From Candidatus Micrarchaeota archaeon (GTDB lineage: Archaea; Micrarchaeota; Micrarchaeia; Anstonellales; Bilamarchaeaceae), in assembly GCA_038046765.1 (NCBI GenBank), contig JBBSVN010000016.1, forward strand, positions 1 through 59,955: a stretch of 59,955 nt of DNA. Reading direction: 5' to 3'. Within the stretch, counting starts at the first letter, position 1, and each line of letters opens with the position of its first letter. The notes beneath the pieces were generated by a model. That model was not told the origin of the DNA and searched no databases. It worked only from the letters and a program-made list of their open reading frames with translations. Shown piece by piece: positions 21,002 through 29,574 of the stretch. Both the position numbers and the translations under genes were made by a program.

Positions 21002-21015
21002 TATGGTGATAAAAT

Positions 21016-22401
21016 ATGGCTCAATTTATGAAAGAATATAAAACAATAACCGAAGTTTCTGGTCCATTAGTTTTTGTAGATAACGTAACTGGAGTTGCGT
21101 TTAACGAAATCGTAGAAATAAATACGCAAGAAGGCGAAAGACGATTAGGTCAGGTTCTTGATGTTTCAAGCAAAATCGCAGTTGTCCAGGTTTTTGGAAG
21201 CACACAAGGATTAGGTACATCACAAACATCTGTTAAATTCTTAGGAGACACGATGCGTTTAGGACTAAGTACACAAATGCTTGGAAGAGTTTTCAACGGT
21301 CTAGGAGAACCAAAAGATAAAGGGCCAAAAATAATTCCAGAAGAAAAAGTAGATATTAACGGGTTACCAATTAATCCATACTCACGAGAATCTCCAAACG
21401 AATTTATTCAAACTGGTATTTCGACAATTGATGCAATGAACACGCTTGTTCGTGGTCAGAAATTACCTATTTTCTCTGGTTCTGGTTTACCCCATAATCA
21501 ATTAGCTGTACAAATTGCAAGACAAGCTAAAGTTCGGGGAAAAGATGAAAAATTTGCTGTTGTTTTTGCAGCCATTGGAATTACTCACGAAGAAGCGAAC
21601 TATTTCATGCGTGATTTTGAAAAAACAGGAGCACTTGAAAATGCAGTTTTATTCCTTAATTTAGCTGATGACCCGAGTGTCGAGCGATTAATTACGCCAA
21701 GATTAGCACTTACTACTGCTGAATATTTAGCATATGAACAGGGAATGCACGTATTAGTAGTAATGAGCGATTTAACAAACTATTGCGAATCTTTACGTGA
21801 AATTTCTGCTGCTAGACAAGAAGTACCTGGACGAAGAGGATATCCTGGTTACATGTACACTGACCTTTCTACAATTTATGAAAGAGCTGGAAGAATAAAA
21901 GGTGCAACAGGTACAGTTACACAGTTCCCAATTCTAACAATGCCTGGAGATGATAAAACACATCCAATTCCTGACTTAACTGGTTATATTACTGAAGGAC
22001 AAATTATTCTAAGTAGAGATTTACATCGAAAAGATATTTTCCCTCCGGTTGATGTTTTACCTTCATTATCAAGACTAATGAATTCGGGTATTGGCGGAGA
22101 GAAAACTAGAGAAGATCACAAGGGTGTCGCCGACCAGTTATATGCTGCTTACGCTAACGGTAGAGATTTAAGAAGCTTAAGCGCTGTAGTTGGTGAAGAA
22201 GCACTTACTCAAACCGATCGACAATACCTAAAGTTTGCAGAAAACTTTGAAAATACATTTGTAAGACAAGGAAATTACGAAGATCGTTCGATTGAAAAAA
22301 CTTTGGATATTGCATGGGATTTAATGTCTGCACTTCCTGAAACTGAATTAAAACGAGTTAAGGTTGAGCATATTAAGAAGTATATGAAGAAGAGCTTGTG
22401 A
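21016..22401 (+). CDS. atpB: A/V-type ATP synthase subunit B
   Basis: [40 protein letters not shown]. Confidence 0.98.
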   Translation: MAQFMKEYKTITEVSGPLVFVDNVTGVAFNEIVEINTQEGERRLGQVLDVSSKIAVVQVFGSTQGLGTSQTSVKFLGDTMRLGLSTQMLGRVFNGLGEPKDKGPKIIPEEKVDINGLPINPYSRESPNEFIQTGISTIDAMNTLVRGQKLPIFSGSGLPHNQLAVQIARQAKVRGKDEKFAVVFAAIGITHEEANYFMRDFEKTGALENAVLFLNLADDPSVERLITPRLALTTAEYLAYEQGMHVLVVMSDLTNYCESLREISAARQEVPGRRGYPGYMYTDLSTIYERAGRIKGATGTVTQFPILTMPGDDKTHPIPDLTGYITEGQIILSRDLHRKDIFPPVDVLPSLSRLMNSGIGGEKTREDHKGVADQLYAAYANGRDLRSLSAVVGEEALTQTDRQYLKFAENFENTFVRQGNYEDRSIEKTLDIAWDLMSALPETELKRVKVEHIKKYMKKSL

Positions 22402-22480
22402 GCATTGAGCCATAAGCTATGAGCCCGAACGCGATATGGATACGTTGCTCAAAGCTCACTGCTTAAGTAGCTCAAAGCTA
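22392..22480. repeat. Inverted array of ~7-nt-periodic repeats (RAGC x5 / GCTN x5) forming a long imperfect hairpin
   Basis: GAGC/AAGC at 22392, 22400, 22407, 22414, 22421; GCTC/GCTT/GCTA at 22447, 22454, 22461, 22470, 22477. Confidence 0.85.
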
Positions 22481-22493
22481 GTAGTTGATCCAA

Positions 22494-22886
22494 ATGCGCG
22501 ATTTTAAAAAACTTGAAATCTGGCAAAGAGGTCATGCATTTGCACTGACCATTTATAGTGTTAGTAATTCGTTTCCAAAATCCGAACAATTTGGTTTAAC
22601 CAATCAAATTAGAAGAGCGTCGACTTCAATCGGTGCAAATATCGCTGAAGGTTGCGGAAGATGCAGTCAAAGAGATTTTTTAAGATTTCTCTTTAATTCG
22701 TATAGCTCGGTAAAAGAATGCGAAAATTTTATTTTACTAGCTAAAGATTTGAAATATCTTGATGAAGTAATATATTCTAAGCTTTCAATAGAAATTGAAA
22801 TTTTAAGTAAAATGTTAAATACTTTTATTATGCAAATAAATAAAGATGTTAATGCTCAAGGCTCACCGCCTCAAGCTCAAAGCTGA
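22494..22886 (+). CDS. Four-helix bundle protein (23S rRNA intervening-sequence protein family)
   Basis: FKKLEIWQ, FPKSEQFGLTNQIRRASTSIGANIAEGCGR, AKDLKYL. Confidence 0.92.
   Translation: MRDFKKLEIWQRGHAFALTIYSVSNSFPKSEQFGLTNQIRRASTSIGANIAEGCGRCSQRDFLRFLFNSYSSVKECENFILLAKDLKYLDEVIYSKLSIEIEILSKMLNTFIMQINKDVNAQGSPPQAQS
22851..22886. repeat. Downstream 7-nt-periodic GCTC array overlapping the 3' end of the four-helix gene
   Basis: GC-led units at 22854, 22861, 22868, 22875, 22882; AATGCTCA is complementary to TGAGCATT at 22399-22406. Confidence 0.8.
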
Positions 22887-22891
22887 TATCT

Positions 22892-23527
22892 ATGGCAACT
22901 GATGTAATTCCAACAAGAATGGAGCTTTTAAAGACCAAGGAAAGAATAGCTTTAGCTAACAAGGGTCACAAACTTCTAAAGCAAAAACGTGATGCACTTA
23001 TTTTGGAGTTTTTCAAAATACTTAAAAAAGCACAAGACCTACGCGGAGAACTTTCAATACGTTTAGGTAAGGCATATCATTCGCTTTCACTGGCTCAAAT
23101 CTACCACAATAATTATGAAATCCAGAATGTTGCCCTTACTACAAAAAAGAACATTGACTTAGATATGGATGTAAAAAATATTATGGGGGTTAAGATTCCT
23201 CATATTGAAGCTACAATCGAAACTCCGACACAAGCAGTAAATCTTTCTAGTATAGCTTTTACAAGCGCTAAAATAGATCAGGCAACTACTGATTTTGAAA
23301 GCGTATTAGAACTTATAATCAAACTTGCTGAAACTGAAACTGCGATAAAACGTCTAATTGTCGAAATTGAAAAAACAAAACGAAGAGTCAATGCACTAGA
23401 ATTTGTCTTAATTCCAAGATTGCAAGATCAAAGGAGAATGATTGTCTTTAGACTTGATGAAATGGAAAGAGACAGTTTTGTCAGTCTTAAAGTGATTAAG
23501 AAGAGATTGGAAGCGGATAAGAACTAA
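22892..23527 (+). CDS. atpD: A/V-type ATP synthase subunit D
   Basis: PTRMELL, GHKLLKQKRDAL, KTKRRVNALE. Confidence 0.97.
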   Translation: MATDVIPTRMELLKTKERIALANKGHKLLKQKRDALILEFFKILKKAQDLRGELSIRLGKAYHSLSLAQIYHNNYEIQNVALTTKKNIDLDMDVKNIMGVKIPHIEATIETPTQAVNLSSIAFTSAKIDQATTDFESVLELIIKLAETETAIKRLIVEIEKTKRRVNALEFVLIPRLQDQRRMIVFRLDEMERDSFVSLKVIKKRLEADKN

Positions 23528-23643
23528 TTTTTAATTTTTTGTTTCTAGTTTTGTCTTACACTAAAATTAATAACGAATGCTGGTCCAGTGGAAGACGAAA
23601 GTTATGTGGTTGCTCTTCTTGCGGTTAATGCGCTTGACTACAT

Positions 23644-23699
23644 GCTAATTGCCCAATGCTCAAGGCTACAAGCCACCATCTACAAGCTACCTGCCAATA
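23644..23699. repeat. Orphan array of eight degenerate 7-nt repeats
   Basis: GCTAATT GCCCAAT GCTCAAG GCTACAA GCCACCA TCTACAA GCTACCT GCCAATA. Confidence 0.8.
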
Positions 23700-23738
23700 G
23701 GTATAACCTTTAATTCCCTTAGTCTTAATAATCTACTT

Positions 23739-24392
23739 ATGTCAAATTTCCTAGAAGAATCTCTAACTTATGGTTTTAGAGTCTTTGTTCTAATTTTGCT
23801 TCCATTTATTATTGGTGCTTATTTTTTACCTCACGAAAAATCAATTACTGGTGATAATCTTACTTCTCCGGTTAGTGGTCTTCAAAATATTTCTAGTAAA
23901 TCTGGGTTTACCTTTGTGCATACGATTGATAATGCTGCAATTCCACAAAAATTAAGTTCAATATTCCCTCTAGCTGATTACCTAAGTTTCCCCCCCTTTG
24001 TAGTCTACAAAGATCCCGTAATTTGTTTTGAAGATAAAGGCACATATATTACTTTTCTAAACGGTTCAAAATCATTTCCAGATTTAATTTGGATTGTTGA
24101 TGTAAACAATAAAACCAAAGTTATCGTTCCTAAAAATTCCGTTAGCTGTACAACTTCAAAAGCCAATGAAAAATTTGATTATATATGGACAGTAAACGTT
24201 TCAATAAATAGCGATGACCCAGATATATCAAAAAAGATTTCCCTTAATCCACAAACGGCTACTTATCCTATGCTTATAGTTGATTATGGGTTATTACAAG
24301 GATTAGTCTCTATTCCGGTATTCTTTCTATTTGTCTGGTATCCTTTATTTGGAATAATAAAAAAGATTAAGTCTGGTTTGGGGGAACAATAA
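23739..24392 (+). CDS. Hypothetical two-TM membrane protein
   Basis: N- and C-terminal hydrophobic helices; the longer ORF-track start only translates the repeat array. Confidence 0.65.
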   Translation: MSNFLEESLTYGFRVFVLILLPFIIGAYFLPHEKSITGDNLTSPVSGLQNISSKSGFTFVHTIDNAAIPQKLSSIFPLADYLSFPPFVVYKDPVICFEDKGTYITFLNGSKSFPDLIWIVDVNNKTKVIVPKNSVSCTTSKANEKFDYIWTVNVSINSDDPDISKKISLNPQTATYPMLIVDYGLLQGLVSIPVFFLFVWYPLFGIIKKIKSGLGEQ

Positions 24393-24460
24393 ATTTACCC
24401 AAGCAGATTGTACCTTGCAATTCCTTTAATTGCTACTTGCGCAAGAATCTATATGCTACG

Positions 24461-25564
24461 TTATTTTTTTCCGATTAAATATAATACTATATCTACAACA
24501 AATAATAATACAATCAAAATTTCTAGTACAAGTAATCTGGAATTTTGTACTCTGCTGCTAATTGTATCATAAAAAGTTTCCATTATTCCTAGTTTTTCCT
24601 GTACGTTATTTTTCCATTCTCTTAATCTAAATCTTTCAGTTGCTATCCTATAAACTTTGGCGAGGTATGGGTCCCCAACTATCTTTAACGTGTTTTCAAC
24701 CTTTTCGATAATTTGGGTGATATCCAACCTTACCTCTTCAAGTTTGTCCAGTTTTGGTGAAAACGGCTCAATTGCAATTACGTACCAAGGTCTTGTTTTA
24801 AGTTCTAATAGTGCATCATATGCTGCATCTATCTCTTTATCTAAGATATTGTCATATGCTCTTAGTTCTAGTAGCTGAATATTTGCATACTCTAATACAT
24901 CCATCATGTCTAAAATTTCATTTTCACTAATTACTAATGCATTATTCCACTGCACAAATACGCTTTCATCTACAAAATATGATATTGAACTTTTTAGTGT
25001 ATCTTCAATTTGTGCTTCACTTAATTCTTCAGTTTCTGAACGCAGTACTGCTGCAATTTCTTTCCCATATCTTTCTACTAATTTTGGCATTTGAAGTTTT
25101 TGGTCAGCTTCTTTTATATGAAATATCGTATACTCTTCGTAGGTTATAAGCTCGATCGGAGAAACTAGTACGTCTTTTATTTCCTCCTTTATTAGTTCAA
25201 CTTGCTTCCAAGCTTCCTTTTCAATCTCTTCATTTTCTACTAGAACATTACTAAGCAATCCTAATTCTTTCAAGGACCCTTTAAAATTCATTGAAAGTCT
25301 TATTGTTACAACTCCAAAGTCATAAAGTTTAGCGTCTATTGAAAATTCCCGTTTTTCTCCAGGAGCTATTTGTCTAGTTTTCTTACCTAAATTTATCAAA
25401 TAAGGAGCTTGCGAATATTTTATATATTTTGGGGTTAGCCTGCTATAAACAAATTCTAGCTCTATCGGTTTTTTCCCAAATATTTTCTCAAGCTTTTCAA
25501 GTTTTATTTCATTGCTTATGTCAAAAGAATAGTATACATGTACTGTTGAATCCTTAATTTCCAT
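24461..25564 (-). CDS. Conserved hypothetical protein, RMD1/YagE (DUF155)-like, with C-terminal TM
   Basis: SFDISNEIKLE, LYDFGVV, EYANIQLLELRAYD, GDPYLAKVY, LEILIVLL. Confidence 0.6.
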   Translation of the reverse strand: MEIKDSTVHVYYSFDISNEIKLEKLEKIFGKKPIELEFVYSRLTPKYIKYSQAPYLINLGKKTRQIAPGEKREFSIDAKLYDFGVVTIRLSMNFKGSLKELGLLSNVLVENEEIEKEAWKQVELIKEEIKDVLVSPIELITYEEYTIFHIKEADQKLQMPKLVERYGKEIAAVLRSETEELSEAQIEDTLKSSISYFVDESVFVQWNNALVISENEILDMMDVLEYANIQLLELRAYDNILDKEIDAAYDALLELKTRPWYVIAIEPFSPKLDKLEEVRLDITQIIEKVENTLKIVGDPYLAKVYRIATERFRLREWKNNVQEKLGIMETFYDTISSRVQNSRLLVLEILIVLLFVVDIVLYLIGKK

Positions 25565-25901
25565 AATCTAAAAATGGGGAAGTAGTATTTAAATTCGCTT
25601 CTCTTGCACGTTTCTTGCCTATTTAGTGATTCCGAAGGTGAATTTATTATTCGTTTGAACTAGCGGAGCATCTTTTGGTATTAGTGTGAAAGTATGTTCA
25701 AAGTTATTGCTATTTCTCAAAACGAAACTAATTTAAATAACAAATTCCATTATTCTTTTAGCTTTTATAACGCTTAATATGGCGTTATCCCGATCCAACT
25801 AAAAAATTGGATCGACCTATTTAGAACCAAAGAGACAGAAAGATTTGGTTTACTTATTTGGTTCTGAATATAAAAGAAAAACTGTAAAAAAAGGGAGTAC
25901 T

Positions 25902-26057
25902 ATGAGTGAAGGACGTGGAAGTGAAGATAGACAAATGTGGGATGCAACCTGTAGCACGTGCGGAGTAGCAACAAAGGTTCCATTTGAACCAAAAGCAGGA
26001 AAACCAATTCTTTGTAAAGAATGCTATTTCAAAAGTAAAAAACCAAAGGGAGTCTAG
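25902..26057 (+). CDS. CxxC-x17-CxxC zinc-finger protein
   Basis: RQMWDATCSTCGVATKVPFEPKAGKPILCKECY; GGAG RBS before ATG 25902. Confidence 0.9.
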   Translation: MSEGRGSEDRQMWDATCSTCGVATKVPFEPKAGKPILCKECYFKSKKPKGV

Positions 26058-26212
26058 TTTACTAGCATCTTATCTGTTTTTTTATTATTTTCTTTTTTAT
26101 CTTACATTCGAATGCGTAACGAATAAATAGTGCTTAACTATTTTAGGATCACTTATTTCGTGGAAGGTGTGGTAACGATCCATTTATAATTCTTTTTTTT
26201 AATAATGTAATT

Positions 26213-26836
26213 ATGCAAATCATAGAAACTTATAAAAAAATGTTGTTTAGTTTAGTTCCCTCTAATTTAGAGAAACAGCTTTCAGAAAAACCTGGAAGCA
26301 TGACTGATGCATTAAAAAACTACGCGCTAGGTGGAGTTTTATTTTCCGTATTTTATTTTATATATGGGATTATAAGTCAGGTGTTCTTATCCATTATTTC
26401 TCCTTTGTATGCAGCTAACCTAACTTCCAGTATTCTGAATATAGGATTATTTTCAGTCCTTGCACCGTTTTTATTTATTGTCATTAACTTCGTATTCACT
26501 GGAATAATCTATATTATTGCCAAAGTTCTAGGGGGGCAAGGTACTTTTACTGAACAATTTTATCATTTTTCTATTATTAATAGTGGCTATCACGTAGCTA
26601 CATCTCCGTTATCCATAATCCCTTTATTAGGTGGGTTGTGGGGGATGGCAGTTGGACTATACTACCAATACCCAACATATCTGATTTATAAATCAGTTCA
26701 TAAATTAAGTAAGGCTAAAGCCATAATTCTGGTAGCTATTCCTCTAGTTGTATTGTTTATCTTACTTATTATCGCAGTAACTTTACTTGCCACAAGTATT
26801 GCAGCTTTAACATCAGTAATGGGTGCAAGAAGGTAA
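26213..26836 (+). CDS. Yip1-domain membrane protein
   Basis: IAKVLGGQGTF, VHKLSKAKAI, multiple TM helices. Confidence 0.8.
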   Translation: MQIIETYKKMLFSLVPSNLEKQLSEKPGSMTDALKNYALGGVLFSVFYFIYGIISQVFLSIISPLYAANLTSSILNIGLFSVLAPFLFIVINFVFTGIIYIIAKVLGGQGTFTEQFYHFSIINSGYHVATSPLSIIPLLGGLWGMAVGLYYQYPTYLIYKSVHKLSKAKAIILVAIPLVVLFILLIIAVTLLATSIAALTSVMGARR

Positions 26837-26894
26837 ATAATTTTTCATCCTTTTTTTCTTATTTTTTATCTTTTCATTAGTGCATTTCTAAATT

Positions 26895-27920
26895 CTAACT
26901 TCTTATCATCATCTTCGCTTTCTTCAAGCTTTCAATATCCTTACTTCCCGTTAAGAACATGCACGTTCGAATTTGATTTGTCCATTCTTCTATTTTTTCT
27001 TCAAGTTTTTTCTCGTGAAGTGCTTTTATTAGCGGGTATGCACTGCCGCCAAGATCAGCTCCAAGGGTTATAGATTTTGCAATATCAATTCCGCTTCTAA
27101 TTCCGCCGCTAGCTATTAATGGTAAAATTCCCTTACACATAAGTAAACTATCAAAAGTACTGTTACCCCAGTTTTCGAAACCGGGAACTGTTTTTCCTCT
27201 TTGGTATTCTACTTTACTCCAGCTTGTTCCGCCTGAACCGCTTACATCTATATATGCTACTCCGATTTCTTTAAGTTTAATCGCAACATCATCGCTTATT
27301 CCAGCTCCCGTTTCTTTTACGATTATGGGGGTTTCTAAAACTTCGCAGGCTTTTTCGATCGCACTTAATACTCCTGAAAAGTCTTTATCTCCTTCTGGTT
27401 GGATTACTTCTTGAAGTGCGTTTAAGTGAATTGCTAATGCATCAGCATCAACTGCATCGATCATTTCTTCTATTTGTCCTGTGCTATATTTTTTCAATTG
27501 TACTGCGCCGATATTTGCGATTATTGGGACACTTGGAGCGATGCTTCGTACATCATAAGTTTTTTTAAGTTCGGGGTTTTCAATCATTGCTCTTTGCGAA
27601 CCTAAGCCAAAAGCTAGTCCATATTTCTGTGCTGCCTTTGCTAATTCCTGATTTATCCACTGTGCATCTTTGTAACCGCCAGTCATCCCTGTAATTAGGA
27701 TTGGAGCCTGCAATTTTTTATTTAAAAAATTCGTAGAAAGATCGATTTTGTTAAAATCGCATTCAGGAAGAGCATTGTGTATAAACTGCACTTTTTCAAG
27801 TCCGTTTGTTTGAGTGTATTGAACATCTTTTTTAAGAACGATGTCCACGTGATCTTTTTTACGGGATTCGGTTTGCTTGTTTGCCTTTGGATTTTTCTCA
27901 TTTTGTTTTGTGGGGTTCAT
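26895..27920 (-). CDS. fni: Type 2 isopentenyl-diphosphate isomerase (FMN)
   Basis: RKKDHV, TGMTGG, GLGSQR, HLNALQE, VKETGAG, ASGGIRSG. Confidence 0.96.
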   Translation of the reverse strand: MNPTKQNEKNPKANKQTESRKKDHVDIVLKKDVQYTQTNGLEKVQFIHNALPECDFNKIDLSTNFLNKKLQAPILITGMTGGYKDAQWINQELAKAAQKYGLAFGLGSQRAMIENPELKKTYDVRSIAPSVPIIANIGAVQLKKYSTGQIEEMIDAVDADALAIHLNALQEVIQPEGDKDFSGVLSAIEKACEVLETPIIVKETGAGISDDVAIKLKEIGVAYIDVSGSGGTSWSKVEYQRGKTVPGFENWGNSTFDSLLMCKGILPLIASGGIRSGIDIAKSITLGADLGGSAYPLIKALHEKKLEEKIEEWTNQIRTCMFLTGSKDIESLKKAKMMIRS

Positions 27921-27981
27921 AATAGAAATTATTGTTTATAATTTAAAAATAGTTGTTTTTAAATAATCAGAAAAACAATAC

Positions 27982-28740
27982 CTAAATATAAGAAAATGAA
28001 ATTGTAACTGGTTCGTTTGAGCAGGCTTCGGTTACCATTCCGCAATAATAGAGTGGACTTAAGTTAAGGAAGATCTCCTGCCTAATGTCGTTGAGGAAGT
28101 CGGGGTGTTCGTAGTCGCGCCTAACAGAACCCACTCTTTTATCAATTCTCAGTAATCGTTTTGCTTGTAGTGAATCTTCAATTTTATTTCCTTGTGGGAT
28201 ATCATATTTAGGATCTGGCAAATAATAACCATTTGTAGCTGGGAAATTTGCAACTAAATCCACTGCTTCCATTGAAACTGGTACAACTAATCTATTCTGT
28301 CCTTCTATATCTAAATTATAATCTGGATGTTCTATAACTAAAATTCCATTTTTTATCCCAAGATATCTTTCTGGAATTGGATGTATCCAATTATACCCCG
28401 TATTCGAATCAATACTGACAACAGCATATTGATATTGTTTATCTAATTTAGGAAATTCTCCAAGATCTTTAAGTAAAGTAGCTGATGCACCAAGTTCTAT
28501 ATTTGGTTCAACATAAGCGGTCATTGTTCCACTCCAGCAAGCAAATGCTTCTTTAATTTCTATCCATTCGTTGCTTCCAATTAATGAAGTAGTTAATCTC
28601 TTACTTGAAACAATAACTCTGTTTTCTTTATCGGCTTTAGCTATTCCTTCATCAAAAGGAAGTCCTTGTGATCTTGGTATAAATACTTCTAATTTTTGAC
28701 CCCTTATTCTTTGAGTTGGTTGTTGAATTGTTGTGCTCAT
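27982..28740 (-). CDS. Hypothetical protein with C-terminal DGR variable-region-like segment
   Basis: NFP..NGYY..D....IP.G motif; 3' region with 10 of 11 consecutive codons ending in C. Confidence 0.65.
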   Translation of the reverse strand: MSTTIQQPTQRIRGQKLEVFIPRSQGLPFDEGIAKADKENRVIVSSKRLTTSLIGSNEWIEIKEAFACWSGTMTAYVEPNIELGASATLLKDLGEFPKLDKQYQYAVVSIDSNTGYNWIHPIPERYLGIKNGILVIEHPDYNLDIEGQNRLVVPVSMEAVDLVANFPATNGYYLPDPKYDIPQGNKIEDSLQAKRLLRIDKRVGSVRRDYEHPDFLNDIRQEIFLNLSPLYYCGMVTEACSNEPVTISFSYI

Positions 28741-28879
28741 AAAATTAACGCCTCTAATTTTGACCTTATTCGTAACTAATCCTAGCACCAAAGTATTTAT
28801 AAGTCATTATTTTGCATTAAAATTAACAAAAATCCATACGCTTAAATACTGGTTTCGCAATATATACTCAGTGAATAAA

Positions 28880-29032
28880 ATGGCAAAACCAATTGAACCA
28901 ACCCCTATCCTAAAAGGAGAAGATGCAAAAAAGTTCTATGAAGAATTAGAACGTGCAGAATCTAGCCCTAGTCCTAAGAAAGCCCAATTTATCAAAGAAT
29001 GCGTTAATCTATATTTAAAAAAGCCATTTTAG
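28880..29032 (+). CDS. Small putative antitoxin (MAKPIEPTPILKGEDAKKF...)
   Basis: 50-aa gene directly upstream of a GNAT toxin-like gene. Confidence 0.65.
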   Translation: MAKPIEPTPILKGEDAKKFYEELERAESSPSPKKAQFIKECVNLYLKKPF

Positions 29033-29040
29033 TGGTCTTA

Positions 29041-29574
29041 ATGGATTCTAAACTAGATTTTAGCGAATTAGATATAATTCGTTTATCTTCTGGTTTTGAT
29101 CTTTCCAATTTTGATTGCGCAGATAATGACTTAAATTCTTTTCTTAAGGATGATTCATTAATTTATCAAAACGGTTCATTAGCAGTTACCTACCTTTGTC
29201 TTTATAAAAATCAAGTTATTGGGTACTTTAGTCTTTCTTCTGATTCCATACGCTTGGATCTTGGAGAAAAAGAGCCAATGTCAGAATCAAAACAAAGGCT
29301 TGGTGAATATCCTGCTGTTAAAATTAGTAGGTTAGCTGTTCACAAGGATTTTTCAGGTCGTGGTGTTGGTACTTATCTAATTAAAGTTGCTATTGGTAAA
29401 ATCACTGCTTCAATTATGAAAGAAATTGGTTGTAGATTTGTAACTGTTGATGCTTACGATCAGGCAGTTGAATTTTATATAAAACTTGGTTTTATACCTA
29501 ATCTTGCCAAAAAGAGAAAAACCGGGTTAAGTATGCGCTACGATCTTATCGAATACACAAAAATAAATTATTAG
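29041..29574 (+). CDS. GNAT acetyltransferase, TA-toxin type
   Basis: FDCADNDLNSFLK, YPAVKISRLAV...GRGVG, GCRFVTVDA, FYIKLGF. Confidence 0.85.
   Translation: MDSKLDFSELDIIRLSSGFDLSNFDCADNDLNSFLKDDSLIYQNGSLAVTYLCLYKNQVIGYFSLSSDSIRLDLGEKEPMSESKQRLGEYPAVKISRLAVHKDFSGRGVGTYLIKVAIGKITASIMKEIGCRFVTVDAYDQAVEFYIKLGFIPNLAKKRKTGLSMRYDLIEYTKINY

Noticed and set aside
22494..22886. Four-helix protein as a DGR Avd marking a complete DGR locus
   Set aside because: Motifs match the stand-alone IVS-protein family, and no RT or template repeat lies nearby
23549..23713. Protein-looking open frame (NAGPVEDESYVVALLAV...)
   Set aside because: No convincing start or RBS and no recognisable family; at most a gene remnant
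23649..23738. N-terminal extension of ORF 23649..24392
   Set aside because: It only translates the repeat array and promoter region; ATG 23739 is the more plausible start
26100..26185. Short inverted repeats (ATTCG/CGAAT, GGATC/GATCC) as a possible ncRNA
   Set aside because: Stems are only 5 bp with no recognisable RNA family
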